From contig JBJKSB010000079.1 in NCBI GenBank assembly GCA_046704385.1, forward strand, positions 51,427-115,426: a DNA stretch of 64,000 bases. The letters run 5' to 3'. Numbering within the stretch: position 1 is the first letter of the stretch; every line of letters starts with the position of its first letter. Positions 27,113 to 37,942 of the stretch are shown in pieces. The stretch is from Bacteroidales bacterium (lineage in GTDB: Bacteria > Bacteroidota > Bacteroidia > Bacteroidales > SZUA-534). The notes below the pieces were generated by a model. That model was not told the DNA's origin. It made no database searches and saw only the letters and a list, made by a program, of their open reading frames with translations. The translations under genes and the position numbers were made by a program.

Positions 27113-28870
27113 TTATTTATATAAAGGTCCGTAGGTTCGGCATGCCCTGAAATCACTACCTTCCTTTTCCATGCCATGCATATTCCAAGCCGATGGCCGA
27201 TAAATTTGTTCTTCAGGAATATTATGCATATTCACCGCTATCCGAAGCATAGATGCCAATGTAATTAAATCGGCACCAATATGTCCGTAACTGGATGCAC
27301 AATGATTCGCCCCCCAGTTAGCCATTACCGAATATACGTCAGTAAATGCTCCTTTGCCGGTTAGCCGGGGTGCAAACCACGTGGTCGGCCAGCTGGGATT
27401 GGTCCGGTCAGCCAAGATGCGATTGACATTTTCAGGTAACTCTACGGTATAACCTTCAGCAATCTGCAATACCGGTCCTAACCCTTTTATAATATTAATT
27501 CGTGAAACAGTTATCGGCATTCCGCCACGGGTTAAAAATTCAGATGAAAATCCCCCTCCCCTGAAATATTCTTTAACGGCAGGACACCAGTTGGTGGCTT
27601 TCAAACATTTATCTGCTTCATTTTCTGTGATCTCCCAAAAGGGTTTAATTACGGGATGGCCATTTTGCTCCTGCTGACCCGTAAAATCAAGAGCTGAGGC
27701 ACCAGAATTAATCAGGTGAATTAATCCATTGGCAGCGCCATCAACAGGTTTATAACCGGTAACCCGCTCAATAGCTTCAGGACTCCAATAAGTACGAATA
27801 TCTGAAAACATCTGCGCCGTATTGGTCAATAAATAACCGAATAGCATTACTACTCCGTTCAACGAGTCGTTTTCCGTTGCCACCAGATAAGGATTCCGGG
27901 TTCCGTTCCAGTCAAAGGAAGAACACAGCATTGCCTCCATAAAGTCACCGTTAGGCTGATGATCCGTCCATTGCCGCTGACCCTGGAATCCTGCCAAAAT
28001 AGCATTATGTCCGTTTGCCTCTTCACCAAATCCCAATTGTTTGAGTTTAGGATTTCCAACCATTAAATCACGTCCAATAAGGGTCATTTTAACTACCTTT
28101 TCCCACTCCGATTCTTTTTGTTCTGTAGTTTTAGGCTGTGTGCTGTAGTCTATACCTTCTTTGCAGTTTTGTTTTACCCATTGCAGGGCTTTTTCATATT
28201 CTTGCGGATCATAAATTTCCTCATCAATACGGCGCATGAATTCGCTCATATCAATATATTCGTTGCGCATACCCAGGTACTCCCGGAAAAGATCTTCATT
28301 CACAATGGACCCTGCAATTCCCATAGATACAGAACCCATCGACAAATACGATTTTCCTTTCATTAGGGCAACAGCTAATCCAGCCCGCACAAAGCGAAGT
28401 ATCTTTTCTTTTACATCTCCGGGTATTTCAGAATCATCAGCATCCTGAACATCACGGCCATAAATGCCGAACGCCGGAAGCCCTTTTTGGTTATGCCCGG
28501 CCAGCACTGCTGCCAGATAAACAGCACCCGGACGCTCTGTGCCATTAAAACCCCAAACTGCTTTGGGCAAATGCAGATCCATATCCATGGTTTCGCTGCC
28601 ATAACACCAGCAAGGGGTAACCGTTAACGAAACTCCAACATTTTCGCGTTTAAACTTATCAGCACAGGCTGATGCCTCAGCCACACCACCAATAGTGGAA
28701 TCAGCAATAATACATTTAACCGAAGTACCATCGGGGTATTTTAATGAAGAGGATATAAGCAATTCTGCAGCCTTTGCCATGTTCATGGTTTGTTCTTCCA
28801 GTGATTCACGCACCCCGTTTAAACGACCATCAATGGTGGGACGGATTCCGATTTTTGGATAAATATTCAT
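27113..28870 (-). CDS. fucI: L-fucose isomerase
   Basis: 585 aa. The N-terminus [30 protein letters not shown] and the block [15 protein letters not shown] closely match E. coli FucI as recalled. Confidence 0.95.
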   Translation of the reverse strand: MNIYPKIGIRPTIDGRLNGVRESLEEQTMNMAKAAELLISSSLKYPDGTSVKCIIADSTIGGVAEASACADKFKRENVGVSLTVTPCWCYGSETMDMDLHLPKAVWGFNGTERPGAVYLAAVLAGHNQKGLPAFGIYGRDVQDADDSEIPGDVKEKILRFVRAGLAVALMKGKSYLSMGSVSMGIAGSIVNEDLFREYLGMRNEYIDMSEFMRRIDEEIYDPQEYEKALQWVKQNCKEGIDYSTQPKTTEQKESEWEKVVKMTLIGRDLMVGNPKLKQLGFGEEANGHNAILAGFQGQRQWTDHQPNGDFMEAMLCSSFDWNGTRNPYLVATENDSLNGVVMLFGYLLTNTAQMFSDIRTYWSPEAIERVTGYKPVDGAANGLIHLINSGASALDFTGQQEQNGHPVIKPFWEITENEADKCLKATNWCPAVKEYFRGGGFSSEFLTRGGMPITVSRINIIKGLGPVLQIAEGYTVELPENVNRILADRTNPSWPTTWFAPRLTGKGAFTDVYSVMANWGANHCASSYGHIGADLITLASMLRIAVNMHNIPEEQIYRPSAWNMHGMEKEGSDFRACRTYGPLYK

Positions 28871-28901
28871 TTTCTCTGATATTTTTAATTATTTGATTAA
28901 T

Positions 28902-29906
28902 CTATAACGAGTTTCGAAGGATTACCCTTACCGGGATCACTTCCTTAACAGTTCCACCTTTATGAATAAATTCCGCGGCCTTGCTACCCATCAACTGAAA
29001 ATTTGTTGATATAACCGTAATTCCATTGGACACAAACTCATACAATGGTATATCATTATAAGCCAGAATCCCCACATCAGAACCTACTGATAAATCCTGT
29101 TGCTGACAGTATTTAAGTACCGTGTACAAATCGGATTGCCGCAAAACAAAAACACTATCGCCTTTTCTTATTTTCAGATCACCGGCATTATAAAAAACCT
29201 GGGGTGATTTTTGTATTTTATTACATATCCGGTGATAAGCATCCAGTATAAATGCCGGATGTTTAAGTTTTTTCGGATATACCAGTTTAAAAGTCCCGTA
29301 CTTCCGAATTTGCTTAACTAAACTGTTGAGCGCATCGTCAACAGAAAACTCAAAGTCCTGCCACACATGGCTATACCTGGATTCATCAGCACCCTGCCAA
29401 TTACTCACCGGTATGTCAAGTAAAAGCAACTTGGCCGGGTCAATTTTTTTTAGGACTTCTGTAAAACAGAAATCTGTGGTATCAATATTCATTACCACAA
29501 AGTAATTATAGCGTAACTGGTTTTCCACAATCACCGATTCGAACAAATGCTGATTATAATGATGAAAAATAAGGTCAACATACCAATCGTTTCCAACAGC
29601 CTTATCAAATTCACGATACATTAAATCTTTAAAAGGGCTGTAAAAATCGAGTAACATGAGTACCTTATTCAACTCGCGGTAAACAAAATACCCTTTGGTC
29701 GGAGTCGAATCGACAATTTTTCGACGTTTCAGTTCACTATAGGCTTTAAAAACCGTATCGCGCGAAATACCCAACTGCTTGCTTAACTGGTTCACCGAAG
29801 GCAGTACGTCTCCTTTATTGTAGTCGGTATTTATTACCCGTAACAACTCATTTATCAGCTGCCGCAGCTTGGTATCACCCGAGTTTAGATTGATAGACAA
29901 TTGCAT
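28902..29906 (-). CDS. GntR-family transcriptional regulator with a sugar-binding-like C-terminal domain (FucR-like)
   Basis: GntR wHTH (LPSVNQLSKQLGISRDTVFKAYSELKRRKIVDSTPTKGYFV). It is the first gene of the fucose cluster, as in the Bacteroides fucR arrangement. The start is taken at MQLSINL (29906); the alternative ATG at 29972 cannot be excluded. Confidence 0.7.
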   Translation of the reverse strand: MQLSINLNSGDTKLRQLINELLRVINTDYNKGDVLPSVNQLSKQLGISRDTVFKAYSELKRRKIVDSTPTKGYFVYRELNKVLMLLDFYSPFKDLMYREFDKAVGNDWYVDLIFHHYNQHLFESVIVENQLRYNYFVVMNIDTTDFCFTEVLKKIDPAKLLLLDIPVSNWQGADESRYSHVWQDFEFSVDDALNSLVKQIRKYGTFKLVYPKKLKHPAFILDAYHRICNKIQKSPQVFYNAGDLKIRKGDSVFVLRQSDLYTVLKYCQQQDLSVGSDVGILAYNDIPLYEFVSNGITVISTNFQLMGSKAAEFIHKGGTVKEVIPVRVILRNSL

Positions 29907-30019
29907 TATAACAAAGTTTAGCCTGTGCTGTTCTGTGCTGTTAAAGCTATAAAATATTTTTAATAAATTCATTAAATCACTTTAAAAAAATTGGAATTAT
30001 AACCAAGCTTCACCTGGTT

Positions 30020-31099
30020 TTATTCACCCATTTTTATACCGTGCTTAAATCCAATCCATGAGGCATAGAGTTTTACCGAAAAACCATGGTTAAAAAATGG
30101 TAAATCATAGGTATAACCGAGATCCTGGTCGGTAAGTGCATATCCACTCATATTCATAATATCGCTTCCCTCAATATCATAACCACAAGCAATTAACAGG
30201 AAAACAGGGTTTATTCTTTTATAGTATCGAATTCCTACAGAAAGTGAATAGTGTAAATAACTTGTAAGTCCTGAAGTATTTACCAGTGTTTTCCCGGGAT
30301 TTAAGGCTTCCGCCATGGACTTTCCATAATCAGATAATTTACCCTGTCCCAACCCGAATTTATCTTCAGTTGAAGCATATAGTGCAAGTGGCCAGGCAGG
30401 TTTCCCTTTAATCATACCTATCAGTCCACCTGAAGTAGCCAGTTGTCGTAATGAATTAAATCCAAAACCGTATGAATAGAACTTTCCGGTAAAAAGAGTA
30501 TCATATACCTGCACGCCATATACCTGATCGGCTCTGCCACCAGGGGTAACCAAGGTGTTCAGTTCAAGCGGTATTTTCAAAGATGTATAGCTCAATCCCC
30601 AGTAAAATCCCATAACTTTTTTCGACCAATCCTGATTAATCATTCTTGTAAACGATTTTAAAATATCTACATTAAAATAGGAATGAGTAAAAGCGTAATT
30701 TGAAAGAAATCCTGGCTGAAGTTGGCCTGCCCAATCAACTGTTCCCGACATTTTTGAATTTTCAAGCCTGATCCAATAGTTTTTTAAACCAATATACCCG
30801 GCATAATTATATGCCTTTCCAACCAGGTTATTGTCAACATCAACGGAAAGACCCATTTTTAATCCAATCTTTTTAATACCAAAGTTCCCTTCATACGAAG
30901 ACTGCGAACCGAGATCAAAATGGTAATTTAAAAAATCAGTGGGGCCTTTTGTATTCCTGTAAAAAACTTTCCAATTCATGGTTGGTATGTTCGAAATCCC
31001 CACAAAGGATGGAATAGTGTCATCATTATTATTTCCTGCTTTACTTTTCAGTAAAGGAAAAAACAGCAAATAAATTATGGCAAAAAACAATTTTTGCAT
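30020..31099 (-). CDS. Hypothetical secreted / outer-membrane-type protein
   Basis: Signal peptide MQKLFFAIIYLLFFPLLKSKA and a beta-rich, Gly/Tyr-rich composition. I recognise no family. Confidence 0.45.
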   Translation of the reverse strand: MQKLFFAIIYLLFFPLLKSKAGNNNDDTIPSFVGISNIPTMNWKVFYRNTKGPTDFLNYHFDLGSQSSYEGNFGIKKIGLKMGLSVDVDNNLVGKAYNYAGYIGLKNYWIRLENSKMSGTVDWAGQLQPGFLSNYAFTHSYFNVDILKSFTRMINQDWSKKVMGFYWGLSYTSLKIPLELNTLVTPGGRADQVYGVQVYDTLFTGKFYSYGFGFNSLRQLATSGGLIGMIKGKPAWPLALYASTEDKFGLGQGKLSDYGKSMAEALNPGKTLVNTSGLTSYLHYSLSVGIRYYKRINPVFLLIACGYDIEGSDIMNMSGYALTDQDLGYTYDLPFFNHGFSVKLYASWIGFKHGIKMGE

Positions 31100-31284
31100 A
31101 GTAGAAATGCCTCTGGTTTCGCACCATAAATTTATCTATTATTTGATGGTTTGAACTTTATAAAATGTTAAAGTTCAGTTAAAAAGAATCATCCACATTC
31201 ACCTTTGATGTTAACTTTGTATGGCAAACTCCTGGCTAGGGAGAATATATTTATTCCAATTTTAAAATTCTGACAAACGATTAA

Positions 31285-31854
31285 TCAATCCCAACCTGCA
31301 ACTCCACCTGAAACTACAAACTTCATCACCTCAGCCGGAGGGATATCAACCGGTTTTACCTGGTCTTTAGGCACCAGGAACATTTCGCCTGAAAAGGTAT
31401 AGGAAAAAGGAAAATAAACGCTCACAAAATCCTTGAGTTCCAAATGAGTCAAATCATCCTCCGTTACAAATCCTAGCCTGTGAAAATCGGAAACATTATT
31501 TAACTTCACCAGTACCGGTTTGTTAAACTTCCTGTCTTTTCCGGCAAAGGCAGCAAATAAATCGCGAAAAGCGGTATAAATAACTTTGATAATCGGGGCT
31601 TTCTCTAAAATTTCATTAAGTAACCATTTAAATGGCTGGGCGATAATACTGCTCCCTAAAAATCCCAGAATAGTAAGCACTACAAAAAGTAAAATAATTC
31701 CAAGTCCTGGAATTTTGATATCAATAATTGTATACAGATAATCCTGGATAGTAGTATCAATTACAGTAAATACCATGTATATTATATACCCGGTAAAAAC
31801 AACAGGTGCTATATATAATAGACCCTGAAGGAAATATGAAAATAATTTTTTCAT
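31285..31854 (-). CDS. DUF502-family membrane protein
   Basis: Two N-terminal TM helices, then ...PFKWLLNEILEKAPIIKVIYTAFRDL and LGFVTED, typical of DUF502 as recalled. Confidence 0.65.
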   Translation of the reverse strand: MKKLFSYFLQGLLYIAPVVFTGYIIYMVFTVIDTTIQDYLYTIIDIKIPGLGIILLFVVLTILGFLGSSIIAQPFKWLLNEILEKAPIIKVIYTAFRDLFAAFAGKDRKFNKPVLVKLNNVSDFHRLGFVTEDDLTHLELKDFVSVYFPFSYTFSGEMFLVPKDQVKPVDIPPAEVMKFVVSGGVAGWD

Positions 31855-31874
31855 GGCTGATTATTTACGAAATG

Positions 31875-32588
31875 TTAAAAGTTTTTTTCTACCATAGGCC
31901 TGAAAACCAAATCGTCGAGCGCAGCTTTTGGTGCAGCTTTTAAGTTTGCCAGGATAATATCAGCTACTTCATCAGGATCAAGATAATCGGGCCTCGACTG
32001 TACCCTGAATTCTGTATCAACCCCGCCGGGATACACCGATACAATACGAACATTATGCTCCCGCATTTCTTTATTCATTATTTTAGTAACAGCATCAATA
32101 GCTGCTTTTGATGCTGTGTAAGCACCGTTCAACTCATTTGCAAACAAACATACCGACGATAAAATATTTACGATTGTACCCTCTTTAGCCTGTTTCATCT
32201 TTTTGCCAACTTCCTTCATAAAAATTAAAGGGGCTTTAAAATTCACAGCCATCATCGTATCTAAATCATGCAGATTGATATCAATAACTTCACTTTTTCC
32301 GGTATTTAAACCCGCACAATTAATAAGCAAATCAACCGTTGTTAATTTCTGGTAGGCAACACCAATAAATTCCCTGATTTTAGCTTCATCAGCTATATCA
32401 AATACCATAGAAAAGTACTTGCAACTATCGTATTTTGCTGCTAAATTCAATACCAATTCCATTTTTTGAGGAGAACGGCCGCAAAAAACCACATTTGCTC
32501 CTTCGTTTAAAAGCCTTAACAAAAGACTTTTCCCGATACCGGATGTAGCACCGGTCAATATTACATTCTTATCTTTAAGTATAGTCAT
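31875..32588 (-). CDS. SDR-family oxidoreductase
   Basis: Rossmann motif TGATSGIGKS and catalytic motif YTASKAAIDA. 237 aa. Confidence 0.85.
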   Translation of the reverse strand: MTILKDKNVILTGATSGIGKSLLLRLLNEGANVVFCGRSPQKMELVLNLAAKYDSCKYFSMVFDIADEAKIREFIGVAYQKLTTVDLLINCAGLNTGKSEVIDINLHDLDTMMAVNFKAPLIFMKEVGKKMKQAKEGTIVNILSSVCLFANELNGAYTASKAAIDAVTKIMNKEMREHNVRIVSVYPGGVDTEFRVQSRPDYLDPDEVADIILANLKAAPKAALDDLVFRPMVEKNF

Positions 32589-32711
32589 AGCTTGATTTAT
32601 TTCGGGTATCGAAATTACTGTTAAAAGTGGTAAAAGGCAATTTTTTGTTTAACAGGAAATTTTGGAAATGATTATATATCTCGGGGCTGTATCAAAAGTA
32701 ATTTTTTGTAA

Positions 32712-34622
32712 CTAAACCTCTTCCCTAAAAGGAATTTCAACAATTACGGTAACGCCTGGCAGGCCTGATGTGGCTTTATTATCAACTACCTCAAATTTAC
32801 AGGATTTTTTAGTAATTGCCTGAAGGTTATTCATCCGTTGCCTGGTTATTTTAGTGGCCATCGAAATATGCCCTTTCTTTTTCCCGGTTTCCTCCATATC
32901 GTTTAAACCGCGACCATTATCTTCGACCTTTATTATTAACTTATCATTTCTTCTTTGGAATCCTATGGTAATCGTACCCTGAATTTCATTATCGCGAATT
33001 CCATGTTCTATTGAATTTTCAACAAAAGGTTGCACCAGCATAGGAGGTATTAAACAAGTCTGAGGGTCAATTTCATCCGGAATTTCAAAAAAGTAATCAA
33101 ACCTGCCCTGAAAACGCAATCGTTGTAATCTTAAGTAATCGTCCAGCATTTCAATCTCGTTTTCCAAAAGAATAAAATCAGTTACTGAGCCCATTAAAAT
33201 ATTTCGCATTAAACGCGAAAAATTGACCAGGTATTCCGAAGCAGCTTTTTTATCATTTTTCATAATAAAATTCTGAACCGCGGAAAGGGAATTAAAAATG
33301 AAATGCGGATTCAATTGGGCTCTCAGAAGTTTTTGCTCCAATCCTATTTCGCTTAATTTACTGCTTAATCGGCGCTGCCGGTAAGCCAGCGAAACAAACA
33401 GAGCAAATAAAACAACCAGTCCTGCTAAAATAAAAAAAGTTAAACGCTGCCGATTCATTTTTAATTTTGCCAGCTCGGCATTTTGCCTCAGATAAACGAT
33501 TTCGCGTTCCTGCTTTTCTGCTTTATAAAGTACATTTGTAGCATCGATATTTTGTTTTTGCAAATCATGGGTAATGGAATCTTTGTAATCCATTGCCATT
33601 AGGCTGAACTTATACGAGTTGTTTGATTCCCCAATAATATTATATAATTCAGCAAGTTTTAATGAAGCATCAAGGGCAAATTTCTTACTACGGATATCAG
33701 ATGAAACGGTAAAAGCCTTTTTTAAATAGGTTTCAGCCTCACGATATTTTTTCATTGCTATAAAATTATTTCCCAAATTGGTTAGGCTCATACTTTGATA
33801 ATACATATCGCCTATTGTTTCGAATAATTTCAGCGCTTTAAAAAATTCATCGTTTGCCCTTTTATATTCACCTTTTTCATGATAAACCAAACCCATACCA
33901 TTATAACAAACTGCTTTTCCCAGTTCAGACCCGATTTTTACATTAGCTTTAAACGAACGGTCTAAATAATACAAGGCCGAATCGGCATTACCCAATGCCA
34001 GCCATGACTCACCTAACAGATTTGTATTAATGGCTTCGCCTAAAATATTTGGGTGTTCGGTACCTAAAAATTGCAACGATTTATGAAAATACTCAATGGC
34101 GCGTGGATAATCTTTATACTCAACATATACATTCCCCGCTCCGTTATATGAACAATGAATCAGGAAAGTATCTTTTACGGTTTCAGCAAGTTCCAGGGCC
34201 TGCATATGTAATTTTAAGGCCTGGGCATTATCGTTTATTCTCCTGAAATTAACCGCCATTTCCTGCAAAGCTCTTGCTTTCAGTAAATTATCATTCATCA
34301 GGTTTGCAAGGTTAAGGGCATCTTGCAAAATTTCAACAGCCTCACCGTATTTTGCTGATAATCGGTATCTTTTAGCTACAATGATATATAGGTTATAAAG
34401 TTCTTTTTCCTGATGGGCATTTTTCGCCACAGCTATTGCCTCTTTAATGTATTTGTCATCTTCTTCATGAGACAAATTACGAGCAATAAAATCATTTGAC
34501 AGTTTTTTGAGACTGTCGATTACCTGTAAAGAAATTTTTTGATAATCGCTCTGAGGTACCTTCACAGACCGGGAAGTACAACCCATTAATAAAATGAAGA
34601 TTAAAATAATGAAGTTTTTCAA
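32712..34622 (-). CDS. Lipoprotein-TPR sensor fused to a LytS/YehU-type histidine kinase (His_kinase + HATPase)
   Basis: Lipobox LLMGC, about 330 aa of TPRs, one TM (LTFFILAGLVVLFALFVSLAY), and the LytS-type H-box LRAQLNPHFIFNSLSAV followed by a HATPase (DNGRGL). The apparent start is TTG (34622), with no in-frame ATG that keeps the signal peptide. Confidence 0.8.
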   Translation of the reverse strand: MKNFIILIFILLMGCTSRSVKVPQSDYQKISLQVIDSLKKLSNDFIARNLSHEEDDKYIKEAIAVAKNAHQEKELYNLYIIVAKRYRLSAKYGEAVEILQDALNLANLMNDNLLKARALQEMAVNFRRINDNAQALKLHMQALELAETVKDTFLIHCSYNGAGNVYVEYKDYPRAIEYFHKSLQFLGTEHPNILGEAINTNLLGESWLALGNADSALYYLDRSFKANVKIGSELGKAVCYNGMGLVYHEKGEYKRANDEFFKALKLFETIGDMYYQSMSLTNLGNNFIAMKKYREAETYLKKAFTVSSDIRSKKFALDASLKLAELYNIIGESNNSYKFSLMAMDYKDSITHDLQKQNIDATNVLYKAEKQEREIVYLRQNAELAKLKMNRQRLTFFILAGLVVLFALFVSLAYRQRRLSSKLSEIGLEQKLLRAQLNPHFIFNSLSAVQNFIMKNDKKAASEYLVNFSRLMRNILMGSVTDFILLENEIEMLDDYLRLQRLRFQGRFDYFFEIPDEIDPQTCLIPPMLVQPFVENSIEHGIRDNEIQGTITIGFQRRNDKLIIKVEDNGRGLNDMEETGKKKGHISMATKITRQRMNNLQAITKKSCKFEVVDNKATSGLPGVTVIVEIPFREEV

Positions 34623-34676
34623 TGCAGTAATTTTACCGCAAAGTAACAGTTTATTAACAGATTACCAAGAATGAAT

Positions 34677-36731
34677 TTATATACGCAGGCCTATAACAAT
34701 TATATCATCAATCTGCTCAAATTTCCCTTTCCACGATTCAATGTTTTCATCAAGAATCTTCTTTTGCTCACTCATTGGTTTTTTATGAATACTAAGGAAA
34801 AGATCTTTCATGTTTTTAATCATAAATTTGGTGCCTTCCGGGCCACCAAACTGATCGTGGTAACCGTCAGATGAAGAATACAGACAGTCACCCTTTTGCA
34901 AATCAAATTCCTGCATGGCAAACGAATAATCCTTTTTAGGATGATAACCGATGGGCATAGAATCAGCTTTTAGCTGAATCATTTTTTTGTTACGGATTAT
35001 GTACAAGGGGGTATAAGCCCCGGCAAAACTCAGCTTAAGATCTGAGTGATTGATTACAACCAGGGAAAGGTCAATACCATCTTTTGAATCCTCAAGGTTG
35101 CCTTTTTGTTTAAGCTGTTGTACTACCTGATCACGCAACCGGTTTAAAATCAGATGAGGTTGGGTTATACCTTCGCCATTAATAATTTCATTCAGAAAAG
35201 CGATGCCAAGCATACTCATCAATGCCCCGGGCACACCATGTCCGGTACAATCTGCTACTGCAATAATTGAAAGGTTATTTTTTTCGGCATACCAGTAAAA
35301 ATCACCACTAACCAAATCACGGGGTTTAAAAAGTATAAAACTGTCGTCGAACTGCTTTTTAAATATTTCCATATCGGGCAATATCGCTGACTGAATTTTT
35401 TGAGCATACCGGATACTATTCCTGATATTGATATTCTGTTCCTCAATTTTCATGATATACCGGTTGGTCACCTTTCGCTGGTAAGCAGCGAATGCAGCAA
35501 ATCCAATACCCCCGATTATCATAATTATACTACTAATAATAAACCATTTTTGCCGGTTCAGTACCAGCTGGCTTAATTCATCTTTCTGTTTCAGTATTAA
35601 TATCTCACGTTCCTGCTTTTCGCTTTTGTATAGCGCATTCATTCCTTCACTTTTTAAATGGCTACCCTCTGCAGTAATGCTATCTTTATAAAGCATGGCC
35701 TGATCAAGAAAATTCAAAGCCAGATTACTCTTACCTGTGTTCCTGTATAGTTGGGCCAAATACGACAGCGATTTAACAATATTCGATTTACTTCCTATAT
35801 CTTGTGAAATCTTAAGTGCATCCAATAAATGTTCTTCTGATAATTTATAATTGGCAATGGCAAAATAGGCTTTACCCAAATTAAGCTGATTATCTGCAAG
35901 ATAGATTAAATTACCAACTTCGGTATTTAGTTTAAATGATTCAATATAATGATCAATAGCCTTGTTAAAATCTTTTAAATACATATAAATATTACCCAGC
36001 CCATTCTCACAAATTGCCTCTCCCAGCTTTGAACCCATGTGACTATTAATATCGTACGATTTGTGGACATAATATAAGGCTGAATCACTGTTGCCCAGAG
36101 CCAGCCATGCTTCACCAATGTTATTGGTATTTATGGCTTCACTCAATGAATTTTTGTATCCGTTTTTTAACAGACTCAACGATTGGTGAAAATACTCAAT
36201 GGCTTTGGGCATATTATTATAATTAATATATACATTACCTATGCCGTTATTCGAAGTTAAAATAAGAAATGTATCGTGTGCCGTTTCAGCCCATTCCAAT
36301 GCCTGAAAGTGTAAGTTTAGCGCCTTTGCATTATCATCAATCCTGCGAAAAACCACAGCCATATCACCTTTTAGGTAAGCTTTAAGTTTTTCATCTTCCA
36401 TCTGGTTAGCAATTTCAATGGCTTTTTGATAAAAATACAAGGCAACCCCAAAATCTGATTTATTCCGGTATCGTTTGCCAACTATACCGTATATTTCCAC
36501 CTGCCGTTTATGCAGATCTTCATCATCAGCTAAACTAAACGCTTTAAGCAGATAAACATCAAACAGACTATCACTAAAATTCTCAGATTTAAAGTATTGA
36601 TCCGATAATTCCAATAAACTATCTATTTTATGCTCGGCAACTGAATGCTCAGTATCAATAAAAGAATCCGTCTGGCTGACATGCTTACAACCTAATAAAG
36701 CAATAATAATTATGGCTGGCAGAAATTTCAC
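34677..36731 (-). CDS. Lipoprotein-TPR sensor fused to a PP2C/SpoIIE-type serine phosphatase
   Basis: Lipobox ALLGC, a TPR region paralogous to the neighbouring kinase, one TM (WFIISSIIMIIGGIGFAAFAAY), and a SpoIIE domain (SGDFYWY...AVADCTGHGVPGALMSML...SSDGYHDQFGG...DDIIVIG). The apparent start is GTG (36731). Confidence 0.8.
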   Translation of the reverse strand: MKFLPAIIIIALLGCKHVSQTDSFIDTEHSVAEHKIDSLLELSDQYFKSENFSDSLFDVYLLKAFSLADDEDLHKRQVEIYGIVGKRYRNKSDFGVALYFYQKAIEIANQMEDEKLKAYLKGDMAVVFRRIDDNAKALNLHFQALEWAETAHDTFLILTSNNGIGNVYINYNNMPKAIEYFHQSLSLLKNGYKNSLSEAINTNNIGEAWLALGNSDSALYYVHKSYDINSHMGSKLGEAICENGLGNIYMYLKDFNKAIDHYIESFKLNTEVGNLIYLADNQLNLGKAYFAIANYKLSEEHLLDALKISQDIGSKSNIVKSLSYLAQLYRNTGKSNLALNFLDQAMLYKDSITAEGSHLKSEGMNALYKSEKQEREILILKQKDELSQLVLNRQKWFIISSIIMIIGGIGFAAFAAYQRKVTNRYIMKIEEQNINIRNSIRYAQKIQSAILPDMEIFKKQFDDSFILFKPRDLVSGDFYWYAEKNNLSIIAVADCTGHGVPGALMSMLGIAFLNEIINGEGITQPHLILNRLRDQVVQQLKQKGNLEDSKDGIDLSLVVINHSDLKLSFAGAYTPLYIIRNKKMIQLKADSMPIGYHPKKDYSFAMQEFDLQKGDCLYSSSDGYHDQFGGPEGTKFMIKNMKDLFLSIHKKPMSEQKKILDENIESWKGKFEQIDDIIVIGLRI

Positions 36732-36973
36732 TTCTGTTTTCTTATTCCATTGTAAAAATATAAACTACTGAAACGCTTTTATGTTTTTAAAAAAATAATT
36801 TAATATCGCTATTTTCTTATGTTTAAACAAAAATATGAACTTTGAAAACTTTAATCACCCTTAATTTGTGTTTTTTACCGGGAAACCGAAGAAATGATTT
36901 TTTTATTCAGATGTTAAATGCTTATTTGTTTTTAAAACATTGAATAAGGGATAGAATTATTTATGAAAACAAC

Positions 36974-36981
36974 TATTTTTG
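36974..36981 (+). promoter_or_regulatory. Candidate -7 promoter element (TAnnTTTG) for yebC
   Basis: TATTTTTG ends 40 nt upstream of the ATG at 37022. Confidence 0.35.
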
Positions 36982-37021
36982 CAACCAAAATTATTAATTG
37001 ATTTGATTTAAAATAACTAAA

Positions 37022-37729
37022 ATGGGACGCGCATTTGAATATAGAAAAGCAGCAAAGATGAAACGCTGGGACAAAATGTCCAAGATTTTTCCAAAATTGG
37101 GTAAAGCAATTACAGTAGCAGCCAAAGAAGGTGGCCCCGATCCGGAACTGAATCCAAAATTGCGTACCGCTATTCAAAATGCCAAGGCTCAAAACATGCC
37201 AAAAGATAATATTGAAAATGCCATTAAAAGAGCCCAGGGCAAAGATGCAGCCGCTTATACCGAAATGAGCATTGAAGGGAAAGGTCCCCATGGTGTCCTG
37301 GTTTTTGTAGAATGCATGACCGATAATACCACTCGTACCACGGCCAATGTAAAATCATACTTCAATAAAGCAGGTGGAAGTCAGGTACCAAACGGCTCTC
37401 TTGAATTTATGTTTAATCGTAAAACAGTAATTGAATTCGAAAAAACCGATTCTATTGATATTGAAGAACTTGAATTGGAATTGATTGATGCAGGACTTGA
37501 AGAGATTGAAGAAAACGAAGGTACCCTTTATATTTATGGTGATTATACTAATTTTGGCTCACTGACACAGGCATTTGAGGAAAAAGGCATGGAAGTAAAA
37601 GCCACTTTACAACGCATACCAACCTCACCGGTAGAATACAGTGAAGAGCAACTGGAAGATATTGAAAAAATGCTTGATAAACTTGATGACGATGATGATG
37701 TTCAGGCAGTTTATACAAACATATTATAA
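37022..37729 (+). CDS. yebC: YebC/PmpR-family DNA-binding transcriptional regulator
   Basis: [71 protein letters not shown] is the hallmark YebC N-terminus. Confidence 0.9.
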   Translation: MGRAFEYRKAAKMKRWDKMSKIFPKLGKAITVAAKEGGPDPELNPKLRTAIQNAKAQNMPKDNIENAIKRAQGKDAAAYTEMSIEGKGPHGVLVFVECMTDNTTRTTANVKSYFNKAGGSQVPNGSLEFMFNRKTVIEFEKTDSIDIEELELELIDAGLEEIEENEGTLYIYGDYTNFGSLTQAFEEKGMEVKATLQRIPTSPVEYSEEQLEDIEKMLDKLDDDDDVQAVYTNIL

Positions 37730-37942
37730 TAACCTGATATTAAACACAAAAGGCATTATATCAAAAGTATTTTTAATTGAAATTGCGATATAGCCTGAAA
37801 TATAACGCAACAATTTATTTTGAGGCCATCCGTTTCAAATTATTTAATTTTGACATCCGGAAACAATAAAACAAAAATTAATGGGTTAGCCTTTTCAGAA
37901 AATTACGGCACTATTAATTCGCCGTTTTAAAACACCAAAATC

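Noticed and set aside
36732-37021. The strand-polarity switch (almost all minus-strand genes to the left, all plus-strand genes to the right, dnaN 4.5 kb away) suggested a replication origin in this AT-rich 290-bp spacer.
   Set aside because: I found no TTATCCACA/TGTGGATAA-like DnaA boxes in this spacer or in 37730-37942, there is no dnaA gene in the window, and genes return to mixed orientation after 49 kb. A cumulative GC-skew calculation on the whole replicon would settle it.
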